64,000 nt of DNA, taken from positions 39,370,001-39,434,000 of the forward strand of contig OZ024747.1 of the NCBI GenBank assembly GCA_964016885.1, written 5' to 3'. Position 1 is the first letter of the stretch; the number at the start of each line of letters is the position of its first letter. This DNA is from Eledone cirrhosa. Its lineage: Eukaryota. A program made the translations under genes and the position numbers. The notes beneath the pieces were generated by a model. That model did not search any database, was not told the DNA's origin, and saw nothing but the letters and a program-made list of their open reading frames with translations. Positions 45,935 through 58,894 of this stretch are shown here, one piece after another.

Positions 45935-45937
45935 AGC

Positions 45938-46578
45938 CACTACGGCTTAATACGGGATGTTTGCTTACAAACACACCGAGCATTATAATAAATGTTCGGT
46001 GAATCCAAACGTACATATATATATATGTGTGCATGTATGTATATATATATACATACTACTGTACGTCTGTATACATATAAGTATGTACGTGTACATACTT
46101 ATATTTAAGTAACAGCCGTACTAAGAGTGGGAAATGAAATTTCGTTGCATTTTTTCCGTTTATCGTTTTCGGTGCACCCGGCAGATTAACCCACTCGATA
46201 TGCAAATTGGGCTACTCAGCCGTTAATATGCATAAGGTAAGTATATACGTACAACAATCTGGCAGGAAGGTATACGTTACTGACGATAGCTAATAAGCTT
46301 GAAACTAGTACAGCGTTCCTTTGTCAATGTTGAACAAACGAGCACCGATGGTTGCTAGACACTACAGCTTAATACGGGATGTGTTTACAACCACACCGAC
46401 CATTATAATAAATGTTCGGTGGATCCAAACGTACATATATATATGTGTGCATGTATGTATATATATATACCTACTACTGTACGTCTGTATGCATATATGT
46501 ATGTACGTGTACATACTTTTATTTAAGTAACAGCCGTACTAAGAGTGGGAAATGAAATTTCGTTTCATTTTTTCCGTA
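45938..46578 (+). mobile_element. Retrozyme-like ~420 bp unit x1.5, relative of the 33118 family; HHR at 46274-46316
   Basis: cactac.gcttaatacgggat recurs at ~45938 and ~46360. HHR reads acgtta-CTGACGA-tagct/aata/agctt-GAAACTAGTA^cagcgt. Confidence 0.8.
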
Positions 46579-48547
46579 TATTTATATATATATATCCATA
46601 CCATACCATAAATACATACATACACACATACATAATTTCTTCTTTTACTATATGCTATGGTCAAACAAATTTACCAGCCTTGTTGCATATAATACTTCAC
46701 CCAAAGACTAATTGCAATTTTCTCATTTCAAAGTAGTTCACGTAACTCTCCCCTGAACTAATACTTGGCTATTGATCATAAATATTTTGGTCAACGTTTA
46801 GAACAATTTGGCAGCTTTCACTTCTTAGTGTTTCTTGATATGAACCTCACACATGCAAATCACACCAATTAATTTTCCCGTATTTTATCTCTCTATATAA
46901 AATATATCCTGCAAGAACCGTTGTATAACGTTGTATTCATACAATTATTCTTATTATTTGTATCACATGAGATGATATTTTATGTATTTCTTTTGAACAT
47001 TTGTATGAATTAGAAACACCAATTCTCTTTCCTCTCAATATTCAGCAACAATGTGGTGACGCTGTAATTTATTTGTTAATGTTTTCTTTTTATTGAACCA
47101 CCTGCTAGAGGTCTTTGTTACTCACAGAACGAAACGTTAGCGTTTTTTCAATGCCCATAAGGCTAGGCGCGCGATACAATATGAAAAGAAAAACACACTT
47201 CATAGCATGGTATAATCTCTGTCAAATGCATTATATTGTGTAGATCTTTCTAAAAATGATAAAACATATAAATTATTTAAATTCTATCTATATATGTCAG
47301 ATGGCATTGAATTGTGTTAAGAAATATATATTGTACATTACGATTTGCGTAGAAACATCAACATACCTCTTGTTTGTCACTAAAACGTATGAAGATAGAA
47401 AATAAAGAGAGAAGTTAAAGATATCCATTGAAAGTTGTTTCGATCTATGATATTGGAATATATTCATTATTGAATTGAAAGAAAATTTTGCAGATGCCAG
47501 ATATTTCATTATTAATTCGAAAGCTTATAGTAAAAGAAATTATTGATTTATAATGTAGAATATGAAGATATTATTGGAATCAGCACTGTAGTGTTGGCGG
47601 CTAAAAATTCACTTAAGTTTATATGAACAAGAAATATAAATTCATTGCATTATTGATCATGGAACCTTTCTAAATAACGATATTCATTCTCTATCTAATC
47701 AAGTACTCTTATATATAGAAATATTCCAACGAGAAAAATCCCATTAATCAACATGCCTTATAATAGAAAGTTACATGCTTTATGAATATTTACGAAGTAA
47801 TTCTTGAAAACAAAATCAAGTGAGTTGACTGAATTACGGTACCATTCACTTTAAAAAATCGTTGAAGTGAAATATTGATTTCCTTAAACAAACGTTTGCA
47901 AATAAACGATGGTTCTCAGGCGCTTTAAATTATCTTCATATTGTTTGTATCGTATTATGCATTTGATACGTATGAGTGCATAAGGAGATTATTGTCACTT
48001 TCCGTACTAAAGATTGACACTCTTTCATCTGACAGGTTTTGTGGTTTCAAGGGTTTTAGATCTTTTTCGATACTTCATAAAATATTTTCATCACTTTCTC
48101 TACATTTTGCTGTTTACTTTGATTTTAAACATGTCGGCAGATACAAAATAATACAATATAAATAAATCTTTATTCTTATTTGTCACACACATATGCATAC
48201 ACACACACACACAGCCACACGCACAGCCGCACGCCCAAACACACGCACAGTCACACACTCACATGCATATATATATACTCAAGCATTTTTCCTTTCTTTT
48301 ACGTTTGAAACGTTGATATGACTAAACAGAGTTTGAAGATCTTGTGAATAACTTTAGAAATACAAAATATAAGCATGAATAATAAATATATTCCTCTCAC
48401 TAGAAAGTTTGGTTATGTTTGAAAAACATATTAGAAAAGTGAATGTAGATCATTGCGATCAATAGATTAATATTCATTTCAATAAAATGTTATTAAAATA
48501 AGATCAGATCTATTAAATATATATGACTGCAATATCTACAAAATAAA

Positions 48548-48665
<118 letters not shown>

Positions 48666-48819
48666 AGGTCATAAGTGGCTAACAAGTAGAATAAATAATA
48701 TTTTATCAGTCACATAAGTATTCATAAACATGCTCTTGTTATATCTATCTATATATATATATAAGTATTGAAGTTTCCGTTGAAAATTGAAAACGTCAGA
48801 GGAATGAAGAGTGCTCTAT

Positions 48820-50310
48820 GTAAGTTACAGAGCTAAATATTTAACAGAAAAACTTGCAAAACGTAATACCTACATCACTCTTAAAGATCACAAATCTGAT
48901 TTTAATAATCATCCCTGTTGTAGATTAATCAATCCTGCCAAGACTGAAATCGGCCTTCCTAGCAAAGAAATATTAAATAACATAAACAAACATATTAGAA
49001 GTAAGTCTGAATTATTCCAATAGATTAATAGCTCTTCTGTAGTACATAGGTTTAAAAATATTAAAGATAGAAATAGTTCCAGATTCACCCATTTTGACAT
49101 TGTAGACTTCTACCCGTCTATTACTCCCCCTCTTTTGACGAAAGCATTACATTTTGCTAAAAAGGTTATCAATATTTCTGATATTGAAGAAAATGTGATT
49201 TTGCATGCTAGAAAAACTTTACTGTTTACTAATAATGATACTTGAGTAAAAAATTTAACCCAGAGAACCCCTTCGATGTCTCAATGACAGTGCTGAGGTG
49301 TGTGATTTAGTCGGCCAATTCTTCCCCTATACACTTGAAGAGAAATTCCCTAACCATAGCATTGGGCTTTATTGTGACGATGGTCTAATACTTTCCCAAA
49401 CCACTATAGGCCATAACTTAGACAAATTCAGGAAAGACTTAATAAAAACCTTCGCTAGTTTTAATCTTAAAATTACCATTGACACAAACCTTTCCAATGT
49501 TAATTTTCTAGATATAAACCTAGATCTGCTTACTGATTTTTATAAACCGTACCATAAACCAAATGAAAATTTAAAGTATATAAATAAAGGCTCTTGCCCT
49601 CCTCCTATAGTTTTTAAAAATCTCATCCCTAATATTAGCCGTAGGATATCCACCCTCTCTTCCTCAGAAGTTATTTTCAATAAAGCCTTTCAAAATAGCG
49701 GATTTAGTGAACCGATTAAGTAGATACCCAACAATACTAACTCCTTTAAACATAATAATAGGGAAAAGAAAAATAATCTGGTTCACACCCCCTACTCTTT
49801 AGCAGTTAAAACTAATGTAGGTAAACAATTCCTGGAGCTCTTAGATATACATTTCCCTAGAACACATAGATTCTATAAGATCTTCAATAGAAACTGTGTC
49901 AAAATCACCTACTCCTGCGCTCCCTCTATTAAATCTTATATCCTCATTAGGAAAACACCCAGAGAACATCAACATTGCTCCTGTAGAGTCAAATGTGAAT
50001 GCCCATTACAAGGTAAATACAACACCAAAGTCATTGTATATGAGTCCAAAGTGACAACCACCAGCAACAACCTACCAGCCACCAGCGAACGATATGTGGG
50101 TATGACACAAGACAATTTCAAAACGCGTTATTACTCACATGTCGCATCTTTCCGACATCCTGAAAAAAGATTTACAACAGCTCTGGCTAGCAGAATATGG
50201 GATTTGAAGGACCAAGGTTTCCAATATAAATTAGATTGGTCAATTTTGAACCAATCTAAAGAATATGCAAGAGGAACAAGAAGATGCGCATTCTGCATAA
50301 GTGAAAAATA
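48820..50310 (+). pseudogene. PLE (Naiad-like by motif) RT + GIY-YIG, degenerate
   Basis: LKDHKSDFNNHPCCRLINPAKTEIG, FDIVDFYPSI, GLYCDDGL, VNFLDINLDL, RYVGMTQDNFKTRYYSH, CAFCISEK. In-frame stops present. Confidence 0.85.
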
Positions 50311-50679
50311 TTTTTATTTTTATTTTTATTTTTATTTTACTTCACATCCACTAGTGCTATTTAATTCACTTACTTTATATCTTAACAATTATACATAATT
50401 TACTTCCCCCTTTTCTTTCACTACCAGATATCACATGCCACTTGTGTTTTTAACTCCAGATATTTTCCGTTGTCCTTCAGCCGCTTTATGTATGTTTACT
50501 TGCGTATATTTTGTACCCATTTATTCATACGGCTGGTTTTTATATATGTATGCATGCGTATGTGTGCATGTATGTGTATACGTGTTTGTATATGTATACG
50601 GACGCATTCGTATACGTGCGTGTATGTGTAAATATGTTTTTTACATGTATATATATATATACTTATATATATATATATA

Positions 50680-51595
50680 AATAATACATTATGAAGAGAG
50701 AAGAAACATTAGATATAATTAGTAATAAGATATATCATACCCAAACTGCTTCTATAGTCCCCGACTACGTAGTTTCGTGGCATATTATGCAAAAACACTA
50801 CATCATAGAGATATAGAGTTTTTGTGAGGTCTGCCGACGTATCAAGAGGATATCTCATTAAGGGTTTCAAGACATGTCTGTGATGCGCGAGATAGAATCT
50901 CGAAAAGGCGGAAGGGGAGTCAATCACGTGATACAGCGGTCAAGAAACAGAGCTAAGCCCCTTATAACCCTGAAAAAAATATACCACGGAGGGGGTATGT
51001 ATATCAAAGCCGTAGAAGAGGTGGTTTGAGGAGGTGAGAAGTATGAGTAATGGTAGCTATCCAGCAGTCACTATATTTCAAAGGTTACTCGACCAAAGGG
51101 AGTTATAAAAAATATATAGAGAAACACACAGATACATGCAGACACATACATACACAAGAATATATCCACATATATCCCTGAGTTAGTGGTACCAACCTCA
51201 ACCGATGTTGCTCTATGAATAACTGGGACAAACCAATCCGAATGGATTAGACTGATTCAGTATCAGAGCTATATAATACATTATGAAGAGAGAAGAAACA
51301 TTATATATAATTAATAATAAGATATATCATACCCAACTGCTTCTATAGTCCCCGACTACGTAGTTTCCTGGCATATTATGCAAAAACACTACATCATAGA
51401 GATATAGAGTTTTGTGAGGTCTGCCGACTTATCAAGAGGATACCTCATTAAGGGTTTCAAAACACGTCTGTGATGCGCGAGATAGAAGCTCGAAAAGGCG
51501 GAGGGGGAGTCAATCACGTGATACAGCGGTCAAGAAACAGAGCTAAGCCCCTTATAACCCTGAAAAAAAATACCACGGAGTGGGTATTTATATCG
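50680..51595. repeat. ~590 bp unit x1.5 with an HHR-like variant motif (50758-50811, -)
   Basis: ataatacattatgaagagagaag recurs at ~50681 and ~51273. The minus strand reads tctct-ATGATGTA-gtg..cac-GAAACTACGTAGTC^gggga. Confidence 0.65.
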
Positions 51596-51639
51596 GTTGA
51601 AGTTGGTCCCACTAATTCATGTATATATATAGACATACA

Positions 51640-51955
51640 ATGTAACGGGAGGAAACAATAGCACCACTGACGATGTTGCAGATGTGCAACGAAAGAACTT
51701 TGATAAACTATATATGTGTTTGTGTTTATATTGTATCTGTATTATTTTTGACCGTTGGTCAGTCAATGGCAACATTGAGGACCGAATAAATTAGATTACC
51801 GATATAAAAGACAGAGAAGCGAAACGCGAAAACCAACCAAACAGTGAGTGTGTTCTGTTATTAATTCTGGCAATATTACACAAATATGACCCTCCCCAAG
51901 TATAACAATATTTGTTTCGACACACGATTTCATATAAAAACCTCGCAAAACTAAT
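51640..51955 (+). mobile_element. Solo PLE pseudo-LTR/3' tail with HHR (51663-51704), family of the 3828-6385 element
   Basis: CTGACGA-tgttgca/gatg/tgcaac-GAAAGAACTT^tgat. The downstream sequence matches the inverted 3828-4075 segment. Confidence 0.75.
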
Positions 51956-51964
51956 TCATCGCCG

Positions 51965-52010
<46 letters not shown>

Positions 52011-52015
<5 letters not shown>

Positions 52016-53930
52016 AATATAGACATAGAATATTCGAAAATATTCTGTATGTTTATAATAAACATTTTGAAGACCTAATCGCTATAGAATAGAATACGTC
52101 ACGTATTACAATTAGATTCTCGATAAAAGCAAGGGAAGTAATCTACGCGTTTCATTCTTGTTAGAAATCATCAGGACTACATATCCAGTGCTTTTATCGA
52201 GAATGACACAGCTAGAGACTTATAGAATACTTAGCTGTGTACAGGAACTGGTTTGAAAGAGCGGTTGCCGGTCCGGCAGAAATTAGAAATTGGAATAAAT
52301 GCTCTGAAATAGCGATATATATGCGAATATAGACATAGAATATTCGAAAATATTCTGTATGTTTATAATAAACATTTTGAAGACCTAATCGCTATAGAAT
52401 AGAATACGTCACGTATTACAATTAGATTCTCGATAAAAGCAAGGGAAGTAATCTACGCGTTTCATTCTTGTTAGAAATCATCAGGACTACATATCCAGTG
52501 CTTTTATCGAGAATGACACAGCTAGAGACTTATAGAATACTTAGCTGTGTACAGGAACTGGTTTGAAAGAGCGGTTGCCGGTCCGGCAGAAATTAGAAAT
52601 TGGAATAAATGCTCTGAAATAGCGATATATATGTGAATATAGACATAGAATATTCGAAAATATTCTGTATGTTTATAATAAACATTTTGAAGACCTAATC
52701 GCTATAGAATAGAATACGTCACGTATTACAATTAGATTCTCGATAAAAGCAAGGGAAGTAATCTACGCGTTTCATTCTTGTTAGAAATCATCAGGACTAC
52801 ATATCCAGTGCTTTTATCGAGAATGACACAGCTAGAGACTTATAGAATACTTAGCTGTGTACAGGAACTGGTTTGAAAGAGCGGTTGCCGGTCCGGCAGA
52901 AATTAGAAATTGGAATAAATGCTCTGAAATAGCGATATATATGCGAATATAGACATAGAATATTCGAAAATATTCTGTATGTTTATAATAAACATTTTGA
53001 AGACCTAATCGCTATAGAATAGAATACGTCACGTATTACAATTAGATTCTCGATAAAAGCAAGGGAAGTAATCTACGCGTTTCATTCTTGTTAGAAATCA
53101 TCAGGACTACATATCCAGTGCTTTTATCGAGAATGACACAGCTAGAGACTTATAGAATACTTAGCTGTGTACAGGAACTGGTTTGAAAGAGCGGTTGCCG
53201 GTCCGGCAGAAATTAGAAATTGGAATAAATGCTCTGAAATAGCGATATATATGTGAATATAGACATAGAATATTCGAAAATATTCTGTATGTTTATAATA
53301 AACATTTTGAAGACCTAATCGCTATAGAATAGAATACGTCACGTATTACAATTAGATTCTCGATAAAAGCAAGGGAAGTAATCTACGCGTTTCATTCTTG
53401 TTAGAAATCATCAGGACTACATATCCAGTGCTTTTATCGAGAATGACACAGCTAGAGACTTATAGAATACTTAGCTGTGTACAGGAACTGGTTTGAAAGA
53501 GCGGTTGCCGGTCCGGCAGAAATTAGAAATTGGAATAAATGCTCTGAAATAGCGATATATATGTGAATATAGACATAGAATATTCGAAAATATTCTGTAT
53601 GTTTATAATAAACATTTTGAAGACCTAATCGCTATAGAATAGAATACGTCACGTATTACAATTAGATTCTCGATAAAAGCAAGGGAAGTAATCTACGCGT
53701 TTCATTCTTGTTAGAAATCATCAGGACTACATATCCAGTGCTTTTATCGAGAATGACACAGCTAGAGACTTATAGAATACTTAGCTGTGTATCGAGAATC
53801 TAATTGTAATACGTGACGTATTCTATTCTATAGCGATTAGGTCTTCAAAATGTTTATTATAAACATACAGAATATTTTCGAATATTCTATGTCTATATTC
53901 ACATATATATCGCTATTTCAGAGCATTTAT

Positions 53931-53935
<5 letters not shown>
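52011..53935 (-). mobile_element. Retrozyme-like tandem array: ~5.7 x 310 bp near-identical units, each with a minimal type I HHR, plus a terminal inverted segment (53791-53935), embedded in (TA)n
   Basis: Exact 310 bp period. HHRs on the minus strand at 52138, 52448, 52758, 53068, 53378 and 53688 (43 nt each): gtagtc-CTGATGA-tttct/aaca/agaat-GAAACGCGTA^gattac. Confidence 0.92.
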
Positions 53936-53971
<36 letters not shown>

Positions 53972-54688
53972 TGGTCGCGCGCGTGCGTGTGAATAGATGT
54001 GCATGTATGTATATATGTGTATTGTGTGTATGTATGCGTGTATATGGATGTATGTATGCGTGTATGTGTATGTATGCTTTTGTGCATGTGTTTTTGTCTG
54101 TATGTATATATATTTATATATATATATATATGTGTGTACGAGCTTGTTCGCATATATGCATGTTTTCTACTTTTTATTTATTTTTTTTTTCTAGTGTTAC
54201 TTATTATATATTATAACCCCTCCCACTTACTTTCTCGTTGCCTTAACTTTATATTCTTATCTTATATATTATTTCATTAATTTATCATATTTTATATTTT
54301 TTGATATTTGTATCGACCTTTCGTCTGACATTCCGTTGACTTTAAAGACTCCCTTCCCTGTATATATCACATACATGTATGTGGTTGCACGTGTGTGTAT
54401 GTTTATACCCGTGCGTCCTTTCATCCTTGTATGTGTATATATTTCAACCCTTAGTCCCTGAGTCTGTATGTACGCTAACTCCATTATCTTACAATTCCTT
54501 TTTGAACATATATATATGTATTTGTGGTCACACATATACTAATATGTTTGCCCTCATGTATGTACTTACGCACACATTTTTTCACTATACACATGCATTT
54601 GTACATACACACACATGTACATATGTATGTGCATATACACACATTTACACACATCCCCTTACTATATTTCTTTATTTTTATAATTTTT

Positions 54689-54770
54689 GGCGGAAGCAGA
54701 GATGTGCGTGGTTCTGATGAACGCCAACCAGCGTGAAACAGACTGTCAGACTCTCTCTCTTCTTTCGCCG
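54689..54770 (+). ncRNA. Hammerhead-like motif (core, stem II and stem III intact; proximal stem I weak)
   Basis: CTGATGA-acgc/caacca/gcgt-GAAACAGACTGTC. Outer helix ggcggaag..gaga/tctc.tctttcgcc. Confidence 0.55.
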
Positions 54771-54862
54771 AAAGTAAGTAAGTGACATAGTCACTACTTT
54801 AAAACTGATAACGTATGGTATTCTAAATGTTTTTAATTAAACATACGGTATACTGCCAAATA

Positions 54863-54912
<50 letters not shown>

Positions 54913-57900
54913 CAAGAGCATGTTTATGAATAATTGTTTGACTGATAAAATTATATTTATTCTACTTATTAGCCACTCGTTACCTTATAGTGATTGTAAG
55001 GAAATCTCTTTAAAAATTAAATTCATTAATAACATTTTCTCTACTGATACTAGATTTCTTAATCTTTTTTTCAGTTTTTTAATATTATTATAGCGATATA
55101 TGCGCTTATCTGACGGTTTTCAATGCAAATTAGCTATTTGTAAAGCTAATTATGTGAGGATTCTGATGACTGTAGTTGAATATATTCTACATTTTGAGAT
55201 AAAGAAGTAAGCGCTTGCTAAATGCAGATACATTTCACTTACTTCATGAAAGACATACCTTGTAAGCCCGTAAGACTTCCCCATTCCTGTAATTTCATTT
55301 CGAAGTATGCAACACCCCACCCAAATAAAACGACCTATATCAATGGAAACCCATATTTCTATTCATGCCTTTCATGATTAAACAAATAGTATCTCCATAT
55401 ACACTATAAATGCTATGCCTCTTAATGTTAGATGAATGTTTGTGTTGGGCACACATATAGAACATAGCTAATACTGCATTCATTATTCGGACAGGCTCCG
55501 CTACTGCATGTATACAGGTTATTCATACACCTCATATATCTAGAGGGACACATTTTTCACCAAATTCTAAGGATGACCAAGAAAACAGACTATATAGTTC
55601 AAAGAATTGGCTTAACTCAACACCAAGGCGCGTACGTATAGGTCTTCTGTTTACATCTTATACTGTGAGTGCATTTGTGGTAGATTCTGCTCAGCAGAAT
55701 CAGTCTTAGAAGCGTTGATCATCCAATATCACCGAAGCTAGGATGTATATCAAAGAAATGCATCGTGACATTGAAGATAAGCAAAAAGTGGCAATCGACT
55801 TTAGAACATTCTAGAAATCTGCAAACAGGAAGGTCAGATATGACTCTCCAACATAATATATTCTGGATGGAATGTTTTAGCTGTCATGCTACATTAATGG
55901 ATGTGTGACTAATGATGCAATACGTGACATATCACTACATACATACATACATATATACATTGCATACAGACGATCCTTGAACAACGTGAGAAAATAGTCG
56001 AAACCAAATAGATTACATTTCACAACCAGCATAAATCTCTTAACAGTCCCCGTCTCTCACGGGCTCAGTTACATTGATCAATTTATGCTCGTTTTTCCAT
56101 GCTTGCACAAATTACGCGGAGGTTATCTGGGATGCAAGGGTGTTAAACTACAGACAGTACAAGACACCTCTTTGGCGAAAAGCTAGCCCATTCTTGGGTA
56201 AATCCTAGCTGCGCCTAGTGCACATATTCATTTGAAAGAATTGCTGTAAGATGAAATAAAGTGTTTACAAAAGGGAACACGTCACACGTCCCACACTTTC
56301 ACTTTTAGGTCTATATCAGATTAAGTTATGATGGCTAGCAGAATGAACCAGCTGCGTCTCATGCACTAACACTGAACGATAAGGTATTATTTCCCCCAGA
56401 AGAGAAAAGTGTCAAAACCAATCATCATTATCACTACCACGATAACAACATTGACCTGCACCCATCAACACAACACAAACAGAAACAATATCTAAACAGA
56501 ATAATGACAACACAAAAAAGTAACAACAAAAACAACATTCGCTACGAAAAGATACTGCACAACTGCAACATCTAATTAAACAAAATCTATATCGCATGTA
56601 TTTTACGGTTGTAGGCATAAACAACAGTATTAATGTGTTTGATATCACGAAATAGAAAAGACAGATTGATATGAAAACAATGTCAGTCGTGTATTTTTAA
56701 ATAACACCACTTATCGGTCGCACTCTTAGGAGCTGCAGCAATATTGTAAACAAGGGACGTCTTATAGAGTTATTTGAAGCCACACCCTAGATCGTCTGGA
56801 TAAAGGTAAGTGATCTCTCTCTCGAATTAACTTCTCCCATCAGCATGAGCGAACTCAGAGTGAGAAGAATAAATGTGTGACTTCGTCCTCATTAAATTAA
56901 TTTCCTTTTTTCAGCATTTTTAATTCATCAGATAATTTGGTGGGAGCCAACAATGAGACCAGAATATTTGTGGTATAAGTAACAACGCCCATCTTCGTGA
57001 ATTACATGGTGTTCACATCAACTAATCGTCCTGCATTAAAGTTTAGAAAAGCACTCTTGTTTTGGGGAACGTTTGCATCTCCAGATACGAACAAACAATG
57101 ATATAGCAAATAAGTATAATTCCTCCATTATATTTTGCTGTAACCTGACCGTCATGTGATGCCCTATTTCCTTGTGAGAAAATTCGACCACCTCCTATTT
57201 TACTTCTTGTTGAAGTGACGCATTTTCCTGAACAGGACCTCTATCTGCTGTAGAGTCCTCTTCGTGTAGGACACGATATACAAATATTCAGAGGCGACGA
57301 GCAGGTGTAGTCGTTATTTGTCAAGCGCGGCTTTCTATAGCTTCTCCCTGACACAGATGAAGTCATACGTCAATGATGCGAACACTGTGAGACCGCCATA
57401 TGAAATGTTAGCAGGATTTGAAAGACATTTACCAGTCAAAAAAGGAGTTTTAGGAAACTTCCTACGTTGGAAATTAATAACGGACTAGTAGTGCCGAAGA
57501 GTGACCACGTTCGCATGGAAACGCTGAGTGTCAATCCCAATAACTAGTCTGTTCAGGAACAATATCTGGAGTGAAACTACTGAGTAAATCCAGAAATCTC
57601 TGGTGGGGAAGATTTGCCAGCAACTGTGGGCCTACACTGAGCATGCATTTGTATGCAAGGAAACGCTAGCTGCGAGATACTACTTGTCATCCTAGACAAG
57701 GTAAACCAGATTTTCTAAGATAGCCCAAAATTAAATGCCATGGAAGACTCTCATGAAGAAACGATACAGAATATTGGGAAGAACAGGCGTAAAGTGATTC
57801 GGGTAATCTCATACAACATACAATAACACTGACACACAAAAGTTAAGTAAACTTTCACAGCTCTAGTCTACAACATAATTGGACTTCATTTGCCTTAACC

Positions 57901-58894
57901 CTTGACTTCATCTTCATGTTGTAGCTGAAGAAGTTTTCCAGGCTTTGAGCTAAAAGCTAACTCTCTGTATTTGAACATACCCACTGCATTCATGGTAAGT
58001 TTCGTTCGACAAAGTTAGTAATCAGAAGAAAACGATCTTCTCTTTAATGCCGATTGAACTGGTATTTTTGTGATAGATTCGCCTGATCGATGAAATCAAC
58101 AGTCAAATAATAACATCTGTTAAAATAAATTCAAATCCTTAGATCTTACATTAAACATTTGTATTAATGGCTGTTGTATTAGATTCAACACCCTAGAAAT
58201 AAAATGTTGAAGTTGTGATAACTGTTCGATTGAATCCGAAGGCGTAAGATTAAATAATCAGACATCCGCTAGGAATACATACAATATAGATTCTAAATAG
58301 ATATGGAAATGCAATTTTGAGGGTATAGTATGAAATCGACATCAAAGAATGAATCTACAGTGAACGCATTGCTAACGTTCAATCCAATAGATCAATATGT
58401 GTTCAATAATTTACAAAAATATCATCAGTGTTATGGAACGAGAATGCATTGAATACGATACAGGAATATCTCCATTTGAATAAGTTAATCCAGGTATAAA
58501 ATATTTGACATATTTTACATATTTGACAACAGTAACAAACATTGTAACAGAAAAAAACAGCCTTCTAACATGTATCTATTAAATTCACTAATGTTTTAAA
58601 TCAGGAGATATACAACTGGGGAACCTCTATGTTCAATTTTCTACGATAATTCGAAGTAGGAATAATTTCAAAAAGGATTAATAAAAACAATCATACGCTC
58701 TACATATTGATTTATTTGGTTGAAAAGTACCACTACTATCATTTTCAATACCTGCATCAAATCCTGACATACGATGAAGGAATATTGTGGAATTCACAGT
58801 TTGTGTGTGACAAAGATGATTCATTATCTAATCCGAGTGTTATTTTTTACATAATTCCATTTAAATAAAGTTGGATCCCCATCGAGGTGTGTAT

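Noticed and set aside
52011-53790. CRISPR-like array or ordinary satellite
   Set aside because: There are no unique spacers and the context is eukaryotic. The ribozyme and inverted end point to retrotransposition.
55000-58850. Possible exons or old TE in unique-looking sequence
   Set aside because: No ORF, motif or repeat structure that I can support.
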